Origin: Bacteroidales bacterium
GTDB lineage: Bacteria; Bacteroidota; Bacteroidia; Bacteroidales; Paludibacteraceae
Direction: 5' to 3'
Assembly: GCA_012519885.1 (NCBI GenBank)
Contig: JAAYPI010000009.1
Location: forward strand, 10,163-74,162
DNA: 64,000 bases
Position numbers and translations under genes: made by a program. Positions 1 through 8,930 of this stretch are shown here, piece after piece (position 1 is the stretch's first letter; each line of letters starts with the position of its first letter). The notes below the pieces were generated by a model. That model was not told the DNA's origin. It ran no database searches and saw only the letters and a list, made by a program, of their open reading frames with translations.

Positions 1-2
1 AT

Positions 3-1277
3 TTGCTTAAAAACATACCTGGTAAAATAGGGGATGAGAATTTGCATATTTCGATTGAAAGTCTTGAATATGAGTTGACAGATGCTATTCGTAGGTTGGC
101 AAATAAACATACCGCCGAACGTGTGGCGTTTATCGAGGGACATGGCGAATTGTCCGAAATGCAGGTGTTTGACATCACAGCCGCTTTGGCACAGTATTAC
201 CATGTAGATAGAGGGCAAATTGGTGCTGATGTGCGAATTTTAGATGAATATAAGGTGGTAATTGTAGCTGGAGCAACAGAACGTTACACCGAATCAGAGA
301 AATTTATTCTCGACCAATATATTATGAATGGCGGACGCGTACTTTGGTTGCTCGATGGTGTGCGAACATCGCAAGAAGCTCTTACTACATCCGCTACAAC
401 GATAGGGATAGTGAATGATGTGAATTTGGACGATCAGCTTTTTACCTATGGTATCCGTATTGCTCCTATTTTACTAGCTGACAAACAATGTGCTCAAGTG
501 CGTGTTAATGTTGCCACTATGGGGCAAACGCCTCAGTTTGAACTGGCTCCGTGGTATTATTTCCCCTTGTTACAAACATCCCCATATCATGTTATTACCA
601 AAAACCTCTCGCCTGTGCGTGCTGAGTTTGCTTCTGCCGTACAATTTGTAGGCGAAAATAACGCAGTAACAAAAGAATTATTGCTAGCAAGCTCTACTGC
701 TACGGGTATCCAAACGGCTCCCATGGAGTTAAGCTTGTCGATGATTAATAATCCCCCCTCTGACGAGTTTTTTCAGTATAGTTTTGTGCCTGTAGCGGCT
801 ATTATGTCGGGTAGTTTTGAGTCGGTATTTACCAACCGCATGGTGCCCCAAGATGTCATAGTGCCCCAAGTATATAAAATTAGAACAAAGAGCAATAAAA
901 CAAAAATGGTAGTAGTGGCTGATGCTGATATTATTCGTAACGAAGTGCAAGTGTCTGCTAACGATACAGTTGCATTGCCTTTAGGCTACGATAGGCACGT
1001 AAATAAGCAATACGGAAATCGCGACTTTATTTTAAATACCGTGAATTATTTAGCTGACGACGAAGGATGGATGAATTTGCGTGCAAGGGAATTTACATTA
1101 CGTTTGTTAAACAAACAAGCCATTGAATCACAACGTGTTTTTTGGCAGATTATCAATGTAGTGTTGCCATTAGTTTTGCTCATTGTTTGTATCTTGTTGT
1201 ATCAAAGAAGTAGAAAAATGCGTTATGGAAATACGCGAAAATCTTCATCGATAAAAGCATTTTTTACTAAAAAATAA
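3..1277 (+). CDS. gldG: GldG-like gliding-motility ABC-transporter auxiliary protein, N-terminus outside the window
   Basis: The frame is open from the window edge and ends at TAA 1275..1277. A long extracytoplasmic-type domain ends in a single C-terminal TM helix (INVVLPLVLLIVCILLY) plus a basic tail, as in Bacteroidota GldG. Family call is from recall. Confidence 0.6.
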   Translation: MLKNIPGKIGDENLHISIESLEYELTDAIRRLANKHTAERVAFIEGHGELSEMQVFDITAALAQYYHVDRGQIGADVRILDEYKVVIVAGATERYTESEKFILDQYIMNGGRVLWLLDGVRTSQEALTTSATTIGIVNDVNLDDQLFTYGIRIAPILLADKQCAQVRVNVATMGQTPQFELAPWYYFPLLQTSPYHVITKNLSPVRAEFASAVQFVGENNAVTKELLLASSTATGIQTAPMELSLSMINNPPSDEFFQYSFVPVAAIMSGSFESVFTNRMVPQDVIVPQVYKIRTKSNKTKMVVVADADIIRNEVQVSANDTVALPLGYDRHVNKQYGNRDFILNTVNYLADDEGWMNLRAREFTLRLLNKQAIESQRVFWQIINVVLPLVLLIVCILLYQRSRKMRYGNTRKSSSIKAFFTKK

Positions 1278-1279
1278 TG

Positions 1280-1287
1280 TATATTTG
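1280..1287 (+). promoter_or_regulatory. Bacteroidota -7 promoter box (TATATTTG, TAnnTTTG) upstream of mrr
   Basis: Exact TAnnTTTG match 57 nt before ATG 1345. Confidence 0.45.
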
Positions 1288-1344
1288 TCAACTTAAATTT
1301 TATAACACGTCAATTTTAAGTAAAAAAATAGTTTTGAAAAAAAT

Positions 1345-2250
1345 ATGATACCAGACTTTCAATCAATTATGCTTCCGTTCTTAACTATAATTTCTGATGG
1401 GGAAGAGCATTCAACTATTGAGACAAATCAAAAGTTGGCGGAGCATTTTAATTTGACAGCTGAAGAATTAGAAGAATATCTTCCGAGTGGTTCTCAAAAA
1501 ACTTTTCCAAATAGAGTTGCTTGGGCTAAAGCGCACTTGAAAATGGCAGGATTGCTTGAAAATACTAAGCGAAGTTCATTTAAATTAACCGATTTAGGGA
1601 AAGCTCTTCTTGACACCAAACCCCAAGAAATTAATCTTAAATTTTTAAGAACTATTCCGACATATCAAGAAAGAATAGGTAGAACAAGAGATGAAGATAG
1701 CTTGTCTGATTCAGATGTGTCTCAAATATCGGCTACTCCAGAGGAGGTTTTAGAAAATAGTTATTTAGCTATTCGAAAAAGTTTAGCACAAGAACTACTT
1801 TTTAAAATAAAAAGTAGTAGCCCTGTTTTTTTTGAAAATCTTGTAGTAGAATTGTTGGTAAAAATGGGCTATGGTGGTTCAATAAAAGATGCAGGTCGTT
1901 CCATTGGACGTTCAGGAGATGAGGGGATAGATGGAATTATTAAAGAGGATAAACTAGGGCTTGATGTAATATATGTACAGGCTAAAAGATGGGAAAATGT
2001 GGTCGGTAGACCAGAAATTCAAAAATTTGTTGGAGCTTTAGCTGGACAAGGAGCAAAAAAAGGTGTTTTTATTACGACTTCACGTTATACAAACGAGGCA
2101 CGTGAATATCAGCCACGCAATGAGACTAAAATAGTTTTGATTGATGGAGAACAATTAGCAGGATTAATGATTGATCATAATCTTGCAGTATCTACAGTTA
2201 ATACCTTTGAAATAAAACGAATTGATAATGATTATTTTGGTGATGAATAA
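1345..2250 (+). CDS. mrr: Mrr-family type IV (modification-dependent) restriction endonuclease
   Basis: N-terminal Mrr_N-type winged helix (MLPFL...RVAWAKAHLKMAGLLE). C-terminal PD-(D/E)xK Mrr_cat core (GDEGIDGIIKEDKLGLDVIYVQAKRW). Confidence 0.85.
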   Translation: MIPDFQSIMLPFLTIISDGEEHSTIETNQKLAEHFNLTAEELEEYLPSGSQKTFPNRVAWAKAHLKMAGLLENTKRSSFKLTDLGKALLDTKPQEINLKFLRTIPTYQERIGRTRDEDSLSDSDVSQISATPEEVLENSYLAIRKSLAQELLFKIKSSSPVFFENLVVELLVKMGYGGSIKDAGRSIGRSGDEGIDGIIKEDKLGLDVIYVQAKRWENVVGRPEIQKFVGALAGQGAKKGVFITTSRYTNEAREYQPRNETKIVLIDGEQLAGLMIDHNLAVSTVNTFEIKRIDNDYFGDE

Positions 2251-2405
2251 AAGGTTTTGTATATACAGAATAAACAGTTTATTGGTGAATTTTATACCTG
2301 TAATCTGTTGTAACTATAATGCTTTGCAATGATAAATTTATATCAACTACTTTTTAGAACAAACTATACGTACACTATATAAACTAAATTTAAAACTACA
2401 TACAA

Positions 2406-3533
2406 ATGAAATTTGCAGTATCATCTAGCCACCTTTACGAAAGACTAAGTTCAGTTAGTCGCGTTATTAACACTAAAAATACCTTACCAATTCTAAATTA
2501 TTTTTTGTTTTCTATACAAGGCAAAGAGCTTAGTATCACCGCTTCGGATATGGAAACAACCCTTATTACATCAATGGAGTTAGAAGAGGTAGAGGGAGAA
2601 GGGAAAGTAGCCATTTTGGCAAAAAACTTAATAGATATTTTACGCGAATTTGCCGATCAACCACTTACTATTACCATTGATACAGCTAGTTTTTCGGTAG
2701 TGATTACAAGTGCACAAGGTAAATTTAGTTTTATTGGACAATCGGGCGAAGAATATCCTAAGATGCACGAACTGGATGCAGATAATACCGTTTCTTTTGT
2801 TGCTCCAGCTAGCGTTTTGTTAGATGGTATATCGAGTACAGTGTTTGCTACGGCAGATGACGAATTGCGTCCTGTAATGAATGGTATTTGTTTTGATGTA
2901 ACCACTGAGGATCTTACCTTGGTAGGTACGGATGCTCATAAGTTGGCACGTTTTAAAACAACTGCCATCAAAGGCGAAAAAGATGCTATGTTTGTATTGC
3001 CCAAAAAACCAGCCTCATTGCTCAAAAGTATTTTAGTAAAAGAAACAGCACCAGTAAACGTATCGTTTGATACAAAAAATTCAATTTTTACCTTATCAAA
3101 TTACAAAATGGTGTGTCGCCAAATAGATGCTCGTTACCCGAATTACAATGCTGTTATACCCAAAAGCGGACCTACCAAGATTATTGTTGATAGATTGGCG
3201 TTGCTTTCTGGTGTAAAAAGAGTATCTGTATGTACTAATCAAGCCAGTAGTTTAATCCGTTTTGCTATCTCTGACAATCAAATTTATTTATCGGGTCAAG
3301 ATATTGATTTCTCTATTTCAGGAGAAGAATATATCCCTTGTCAATTCCAAGGAGAAGCTATGGAGATTGGGTTCAAAGCCAGTTTTATTATCGAATTATT
3401 GAGCAATATCAATGCTTCGGATGTTGAATTTACGCTTATTGACCGTACACGTCCTGGTATTTTTACACCAGCCGAACAAGATGATAATAAAAATATATTG
3501 ATGTTGTTGATGCCAATGATGCTAAACGATTAA
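2406..3533 (+). CDS. dnaN: DNA polymerase III beta sliding clamp
   Basis: 375 aa with a typical DnaN N-terminus (MKFAVSSSHLYERLSSVSRVINTKNTLPILNYFLF) and three-domain length. Confidence 0.9.
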   Translation: MKFAVSSSHLYERLSSVSRVINTKNTLPILNYFLFSIQGKELSITASDMETTLITSMELEEVEGEGKVAILAKNLIDILREFADQPLTITIDTASFSVVITSAQGKFSFIGQSGEEYPKMHELDADNTVSFVAPASVLLDGISSTVFATADDELRPVMNGICFDVTTEDLTLVGTDAHKLARFKTTAIKGEKDAMFVLPKKPASLLKSILVKETAPVNVSFDTKNSIFTLSNYKMVCRQIDARYPNYNAVIPKSGPTKIIVDRLALLSGVKRVSVCTNQASSLIRFAISDNQIYLSGQDIDFSISGEEYIPCQFQGEAMEIGFKASFIIELLSNINASDVEFTLIDRTRPGIFTPAEQDDNKNILMLLMPMMLND

Positions 3534-3552
3534 ACAATAACAGAAAAGTAAT

Positions 3553-4755
3553 ATGTCAAAAGTAGTAATTATAGGAGCAGGCGGTGTAGGTACTGTAGTA
3601 GCACACAAAGTAGCTCAAAATAGTAAGGTGTTTACAGAGGTATTGTTAGCTAGCCGCACCAAATCAAAATGTGATGCCATTGCTGCCGATGTGCAATCGC
3701 GTTATGGTGTAACTATGCAAACTGCACAAGTAGATGCCGATAATGTGCCCGAATTAGTCGCTTTGTTGCGTTCTTTTCAGCCAAAATTAGTCATTAATGT
3801 TGCTCTTCCATACCAAGATTTAACTATCATGGATGCGTGTTTGGAAGTAGGTGTAAATTACCTAGATACAGCCAACTACGAACCCAAAGACGAGGCTCAT
3901 TTTGAGTACTCGTGGCAATGGGCTTACCAAGATAAATTTAAAAAAGCGGGTTTAACTGCCATTTTAGGTTGTGGTTTCGACCCTGGTGTAACAAGCGTAT
4001 TTACTGCCTATGCAGCCAAACATCATTTCGATGAGATGCATTATTTAGATATTGTCGATTGCAATGCTGGCGACCATGGCAAAGCATTTGCTACCAATTT
4101 TAACCCCGAAATCAATATCCGTGAAGTGAGCCAACGAGGCAAATATTGGGAAAATGGCAAATGGGTAGAAACAGAACCACACGAAATTCATAAACCACTG
4201 AATTATCCAGAAATTGGTCCAAAAGAATCTTACGTTATCTACCACGAAGAGTTGGAGTCGCTGGTAAAGAATTTTCCGACCCTGAAAAGAGCCCGTTTTT
4301 GGATGACATTTGGACAAGAATATTTAACTCACTTACGTGTGATTCAGAATATTGGTATGGCTCGCATCGATGAGGTGGAATACAATGGACAGAAAATTGT
4401 GCCAATTCAATTTTTAAAAGCTGTATTGCCTAATCCAGGCGATTTGGGCGAAAATTATACAGGATGGACATCTATCGGTTGTCGCATTAAGGGTATTAAA
4501 AATGGAGAAGAAAAAACGTATTACATCTATAATAATTGTAGCCACGAAGAGGCATACAAAGAAACAGGCACACAAGGGGTAAGTTATACCACAGGTGTAC
4601 CAGCCACAGTAGGTGCTATGATGTTTTTAACTGGCGAATGGGGTGGAGCAGGTGTATTTAATGTAGAAGAGTTTAACCCAGATCCATTTTTGCACGAATT
4701 AGCACAGCAAGGCTTGCCTTGGCACGAATTACATAACATTGATTTAGAATTATAA
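3553..4755 (+). CDS. Carboxynorspermidine dehydrogenase (saccharopine dehydrogenase family)
   Basis: Rossmann motif IIGAGGVGTVVAHK. Conserved blocks GCGFDPGV, DCNAGDHGKAFATNFNPE and YTTGVPA match recalled Vibrio/Bacteroides CANSDH sequences along the full length. Confidence 0.8.
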   Translation: MSKVVIIGAGGVGTVVAHKVAQNSKVFTEVLLASRTKSKCDAIAADVQSRYGVTMQTAQVDADNVPELVALLRSFQPKLVINVALPYQDLTIMDACLEVGVNYLDTANYEPKDEAHFEYSWQWAYQDKFKKAGLTAILGCGFDPGVTSVFTAYAAKHHFDEMHYLDIVDCNAGDHGKAFATNFNPEINIREVSQRGKYWENGKWVETEPHEIHKPLNYPEIGPKESYVIYHEELESLVKNFPTLKRARFWMTFGQEYLTHLRVIQNIGMARIDEVEYNGQKIVPIQFLKAVLPNPGDLGENYTGWTSIGCRIKGIKNGEEKTYYIYNNCSHEEAYKETGTQGVSYTTGVPATVGAMMFLTGEWGGAGVFNVEEFNPDPFLHELAQQGLPWHELHNIDLEL

Positions 4756-4780
4756 CGCCAATAAGGGTTTACATTTTATA

Positions 4781-4815
4781 AACAGCACGATAAATTACTA
4801 CGTGCTGTTTTTTTG
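4781..4815 (+). terminator. Rho-independent terminator after the CANSDH gene
   Basis: AACAGCACG (4781..4789) pairs with CGTGCTGTT (4801..4809), followed by a T7 run. Confidence 0.8.
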
Positions 4816-5023
4816 CTCTGGAGTATTTGTTATTCGTGTTGGTTGCAATATAGTTAATATTCGATAAAAATTTGGGTAATCTGTTGTAAATATAAATAAT
4901 TAGATAGATTTTTGTTATAAATTTTATAAAACCAGTATGTGGTAGGTCGTCTACTTAATGGTATATATGACGTATGTAAATGTTTAATAGCCATAAGCCT
5001 ACATAATTAAAAAATAAGAATAT

Positions 5024-6028
5024 ATGAAAATATCAATACACCTTACGTTGATTCTACTTCTATTTTTCGGAAGTTTTCATCTTACTGCCGGAACTTATTC
5101 TGGAGGCAATGGCACAGTAAATGACCCTTACCAAATTGCCACATATGCCGATTTACTTGAGCTCTCTGCTACCTCTGCCGATTGGGCAACAGGCAAGTAT
5201 TTTATACAAACTGCACATATTGATGCCAGTGCTACTGCTACATTGAATGGGGGTAAGGGTTTTGTACCTATTGGAAATTTAGAGTATAAATTTCAGGGGA
5301 GCTACGATGGTCAACACTATACCATATCTAATTTGTATATCAACCGAAGTGATGAAGATAGAATTGCCATGTTTGGTTATCTATGGGGAACGGGTATTAG
5401 CGTTCAAAATCTGGGTCTAACCAATGTTTCTATAACAGGGAAAAACTCCGTGGCAGCTTTAGCGGGATATAATCGTGATGGTATTATAAACAACTGCTAT
5501 TCTTCAGGTAGTATAACTGGTTATTCTTCTATAGGAGGATTAGTGGCAACAAACTACATGGCTACTATAACAAATAGTTATTCTACATGCAGTGTCAGTG
5601 GCACGGGTACAATGGGTGGATGTGTAGGTGTAAATAATCAAAGTGTTATTTCACGTTGTTATGCAACAGGTAGTGTTACTGGATTAAGTGTGCTTGGCGG
5701 ATTTGTTGGTAGTAACAAAGCAAGTGATACCAAGGCGGCAACCATTAGTCATTCGTATAGTACAGGCAATGTGGTTCGAACTGCTGCACCCAATGTGAAA
5801 ATTGGTGGATTTTGTGGTACTAACGAACTGAAAGGAGCTATTCAGAATTGCTATTCTACTGGCTCGGTAAATTTTGGCACAGCACAAGGCTTTTTGGGTG
5901 AGAATATAACCAATGCAACTTTTTCGGGTAATATTTACGATTCACAAACAAGCAAACAAACTACGGGTACTGGTGCTACAGCACGCACTACGGCTCAAAT
6001 GAAAACTGAATCTACTTTTACTAATTAG
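5024..6028 (+). CDS. N-terminal fragment: signal peptide plus GLUG-motif repeats
   Basis: Signal peptide MKISIHLTLILLLFFGSFHLTAG. Repeated GG(L/F/C)VG motifs (IGGLVATN, MGGCVGVN, LGGFVGSN, IGGFCGTN). Confidence 0.7.
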   Translation: MKISIHLTLILLLFFGSFHLTAGTYSGGNGTVNDPYQIATYADLLELSATSADWATGKYFIQTAHIDASATATLNGGKGFVPIGNLEYKFQGSYDGQHYTISNLYINRSDEDRIAMFGYLWGTGISVQNLGLTNVSITGKNSVAALAGYNRDGIINNCYSSGSITGYSSIGGLVATNYMATITNSYSTCSVSGTGTMGGCVGVNNQSVISRCYATGSVTGLSVLGGFVGSNKASDTKAATISHSYSTGNVVRTAAPNVKIGGFCGTNELKGAIQNCYSTGSVNFGTAQGFLGENITNATFSGNIYDSQTSKQTTGTGATARTTAQMKTESTFTN

Positions 6029-6091
6029 GATTTTACGCCTACTACAGGTGTTTGGAATATCCAAAGTGGAACTTATATTTCGTATCCTTAT

Positions 6092-7396
6092 TTGCAAGTC
6101 TTTACGTATGATACGCCTGGGGCAACGCCTGCTGTACAGCCTATACCCGGTTTATGTGGTATTATTGGGAATGCAGGAACCATTACAGGCGAAACCGTCG
6201 TTTGTCAGGGGCAACAGTCTGTAGTATATACCGTGCCTGAAATTACCCATGCTACATCATATACTTGGACATTACCGAGTGGATCTACTGGTAGTAGTAC
6301 AAGCAATAGCATCACTGTAAACTATGGAACATCAGCTAAGTCGGGTACTATTAGTGTAAGAGGCGTTAATGCTTGTAGTCAAAGTGAAACCTCTAGCGTA
6401 TCCATTACCGTCAATCCACTGCCTACCAATGCTGGAGTGATTACGGGCGAGTCGTCTGTTTGTCAAGGTGAAACCGCTGTTACTTATACAGTCCCAACCA
6501 TTACTCACGCTACTGAATATGTATGGACCTTACCTACTGGTGCTACTGGTAGTAGTACTACGAATAGTATTACAGTGGATTATGGATCTTCGGCATTGTC
6601 GGGCGATATTACCGTAAAAGGCACTAATGCTTGTGGTGATGGGGTAAGTGCCACTTTACCTATTACGGTTAGCACACCCTTATCTGCCATTGGTGCTATT
6701 AGCGGACCAGCAAGCGTATGTGTGGGACAAACCGCTGTAACGTATCAAGTGCCTGAAGTTGAGCATGCCACATCGTATAGTTGGACATTGCCTACAGGTA
6801 TTACTGGCAGTAGTACTACCAATAGCATTACTGTAGATGTTGCAATAGATGCTGTTGATGGAGAAATTACCGTAAAAGCTACAAATCTATGTGGAGATAG
6901 TCAAACGGCTACCTTGCAACTAACGGTCCATCCATTGCCTAGCACGCCAATTATAACACAAGATGGTGCAAACTTACAATCAGATGCCACAAGCGGCAAT
7001 CAGTGGTACAACCAAAATGGCATTATAATGGGTGAAACAAATCAATTTTATGAGCCCGTTAGCAATGGCGATTATTATGTAATTGTGTCTTCGATGGGTT
7101 GTCAATCTGCTGCATCCAATACCATCAATATTACTTTTACACAACTACACGATACCGATGCACAACATTCAATTGTGCTGTATCCAAATCCTGTAGTTGA
7201 CGAACTGAAGTTGGTTAATACTAGCCCAAAAGCCGCAATACGTATTCAAATTTACGATACTAACGGAAAACTAATGTACCAAGGTATATTGCATGATAAA
7301 CTTTCTGTACCTACTACCCAGTTTGAGCCCGGAACCTATCTTGTACGCTATGGCAACGAAGATGCTAATTTGGTGCAGAAGATAATTAAGAAATAG
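6092..7396 (+). CDS. C-terminal fragment: three PKD-like repeats plus a T9SS C-terminal sorting domain. The track start is a TTG and probably not a real start.
   Basis: Three 86-aa repeats with C.G....Y.VP...HAT.Y.WTLP.G.TGSST.NSITV. The C-terminus (YPNPVVDELKLVN...YLVRYGNEDANLVQKIIKK) is a Por/T9SS CTD. No signal peptide of its own. Confidence 0.7.
   Translation: MQVFTYDTPGATPAVQPIPGLCGIIGNAGTITGETVVCQGQQSVVYTVPEITHATSYTWTLPSGSTGSSTSNSITVNYGTSAKSGTISVRGVNACSQSETSSVSITVNPLPTNAGVITGESSVCQGETAVTYTVPTITHATEYVWTLPTGATGSSTTNSITVDYGSSALSGDITVKGTNACGDGVSATLPITVSTPLSAIGAISGPASVCVGQTAVTYQVPEVEHATSYSWTLPTGITGSSTTNSITVDVAIDAVDGEITVKATNLCGDSQTATLQLTVHPLPSTPIITQDGANLQSDATSGNQWYNQNGIIMGETNQFYEPVSNGDYYVIVSSMGCQSAASNTINITFTQLHDTDAQHSIVLYPNPVVDELKLVNTSPKAAIRIQIYDTNGKLMYQGILHDKLSVPTTQFEPGTYLVRYGNEDANLVQKIIKK
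6170..6943 (+). repeat. Three tandem in-frame 258-bp repeats (6170..6427, 6428..6685, 6686..6943)
   Basis: The three 86-codon units align without gaps and share long identical nucleotide stretches (for example ggtagtagtac.a..aatag.attac.gt). Confidence 0.85.
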
Positions 7397-7517
7397 CGGA
7401 TTGGTGGGTGGCGTTGCTCGTTGCTCGTTTAGCGTGTAATGTGTAATGTAGAACGTTTCTCCTCCAATCTGGTCAATTATCAACGACGCCATACAAAACA
7501 TTGCTAATCAGTTGTTT

Positions 7518-8174
7518 TTAATCAAACCATAACTCCTCAAATTTCACACTATAGTGATGCATATTCTTGTCGTAGTTTTTGTTTTCCACATAATATTTAA
7601 ATGACGTAAACGGTGACTTTACAAATAACTTGATTGCGAATGCTAATTTCCAACATCGTAACTTGAGATAATTTTTATGCACTCTTAGCATTTGACTTTT
7701 TTTTCTTATGTCGTTGAAAAAGTTTTTATTCAATCGCCATTTAAATTTGCAGTATATTTTTGCGTGATTTTCATATTCATCGCCAAAAACATTCAACTCA
7801 ATGTTTTCAATGTTTTCATAAGGTATTACACCAAAAATATAAGTGTCTTTATGATTCTTATAAATTTTATCAATACCCCAATAGAATTCTACACCCTTAT
7901 AGCCTTGCCTTTCAATTTCTGAATTGAAATAACCACTTTGAGGAAATTTTTTAATCTTACTTATATCAACAATCGTTACTTTACTACTTCTTCTTCTGGA
8001 GTCTTTATGATATATTTCATCAAGTAATTTATCTACTTCTGAAATGATTTTCGCTCTGTGTTCAGATTCGGTTTTAAACGAAATTTTAATTGTAAGCCTA
8101 TAAATAACAACAGTTAAAATTGTGCTTAACACAAAAGTAATCAACCAATTCCACTCTTTTAGGATGTCTATCAT
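7518..8174 (-). CDS. Hypothetical membrane-anchored protein (orphan)
   Basis: ATG start and 218 aa. One N-terminal TM helix (WNWLITFVLSTILTVVIYRL) followed by a Lys/Tyr/Asn-rich soluble part. No recognisable family motif. Confidence 0.55.
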   Translation of the reverse strand: MIDILKEWNWLITFVLSTILTVVIYRLTIKISFKTESEHRAKIISEVDKLLDEIYHKDSRRRSSKVTIVDISKIKKFPQSGYFNSEIERQGYKGVEFYWGIDKIYKNHKDTYIFGVIPYENIENIELNVFGDEYENHAKIYCKFKWRLNKNFFNDIRKKSQMLRVHKNYLKLRCWKLAFAIKLFVKSPFTSFKYYVENKNYDKNMHHYSVKFEELWFD

Positions 8175-8226
8175 TTTATTGAATTGTTTTTTTATATATT
8201 TATTTTAATCTGTTAGTTTTGGATTT

Positions 8227-8261
8227 TTCACATCCCCTTTCTCATCCCTTCAATAAACGCC
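8227..8261. repeat. Direct repeat copy 1 (35 nt), upstream of orphan gene 7518..8174
   Basis: TTCACATCCCCTTTCTCATCCCTTCAATAAACGCC matches 8931..8965 at 29 of 35 positions. Confidence 0.7.
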
Positions 8262-8320
8262 ACATCTTCCTCACTCAACCCATATTTTGCATACAGCTGG
8301 CGGTCGATATCCGCTACCAT
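8228..8320 (-). pseudogene. 30-codon remnant resembling the C-terminal tail of a restriction-modification type DNA methyltransferase
   Basis: The minus strand reads MVADIDRQLYAKYGLSEEDVAFIEGMRKGM*. The (L)Y.(L)YGL(S/T)EE(E/D)(I/V).(F/I)IE pattern is a recalled hallmark of type IIG/MmeI/PglX-like methyltransferase C-termini. Stop codons lie immediately upstream in frame. Confidence 0.45.
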
Positions 8321-8353
8321 AATATATTATTTTCAATAATTTAAAAGTTATAT

Positions 8354-8905
8354 TTACATTAAACCGCCCCAAATAGCAGGATTTATTATCACATTAGCGA
8401 CAATATTTGTCAATACATTCTCCCCGAAACTCTTCAATTTTTCAATAACCTTACTTTTTGCCTTCTCGGGTTCAGGCTCTTCAGCAATTATTGCTTTTAT
8501 TTCTTTTAGCTGCTTTCCTGTTAATTCATCTTTTATTGCTTCAATAAAAATATGTATTGCTATTTCCTGCGATTGAGATTGTTCCTGTTGTTGAGTTTGA
8601 TGTACATTTACAATAGTTCCTTGCTGATTTTTTTCTGTTTTTGAATGATTAACTACAATTGTTGGTAAATCCCTAAATGCTTCTAAGCAACCAATTAGTT
8701 CATTATGGGTGCTACTATTATCATAAATACTGCAATTTTTTTCAAAATTTTCTATAAACTTATCATCAGTGTAATTCAAATTCAGAAATCGTTTACATTT
8801 TTCTTTCCATTTAGCATAACCTGCACTGTTGTTTATTCCCTCTGTATACTCATTTTGATAAAAACTAAAATTATTCCCCTCCCTTATCAAATCATTAATA
8901 TTCAT
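8354..8905 (-). CDS. Hypothetical protein (orphan), with a Gln-rich linker and a hydrophobic C-terminal tail
   Basis: The track start at 8935 is a GTG inside the repeat. The first ATG is at 8905 (MNINDLIREG...). QTQQQEQSQSQE linker and C-terminal NVLTNIVANVIINPAIWGGLM. No recognisable family. Confidence 0.5.
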   Translation of the reverse strand: MNINDLIREGNNFSFYQNEYTEGINNSAGYAKWKEKCKRFLNLNYTDDKFIENFEKNCSIYDNSSTHNELIGCLEAFRDLPTIVVNHSKTEKNQQGTIVNVHQTQQQEQSQSQEIAIHIFIEAIKDELTGKQLKEIKAIIAEEPEPEKAKSKVIEKLKSFGENVLTNIVANVIINPAIWGGLM

Positions 8906-8930
8906 AGTATTAATTATTATGTTATTAGAT

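Larger units (their letters stand above)
5024..7396 (+). pseudogene. T9SS-secreted GLUG / PKD-like repeat surface protein interrupted by one in-frame TAG (6026..6028)
   Basis: ORFs 5024..6028 and 6092..7396 are in the same frame. The 63 nt between them (DFTPTTGVWNIQSGTYISYPY) are also open. The only stop is TAG, at a position where related GLUG proteins have Trp in a WDF motif (recalled). Confidence 0.7.

Noticed and set aside
2251-2405. A replication origin or DnaA-box cluster next to dnaN
   Set aside because: No TTATCCACA-like boxes or clustered repeats are visible in this spacer, and dnaA is not in the window.
6026-6028. I considered stop-codon reassignment or a non-standard genetic code. 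Coding-like sequence continues in frame after TAG 6026..6028 and after TAA 23740..23742.
   Set aside because: Two different stop codons are involved. TAG also terminates normal genes at sensible ends (7394..7396, 20831..20833, 46822..46824), and TAA ends most genes here. Point mutation and gene decay are far simpler explanations.
7413-7450. Short tandem repeats, GTTGCTC x2.4 (7413..7429) and GTGTAAT x2.4 (7434..7450), lie just after the adhesin gene. I checked them as a possible CRISPR or minisatellite.
   Set aside because: The units are only 7 nt with about 2.4 copies, there is no spacer structure and there are no cas genes. This is too small to be more than slippage debris.
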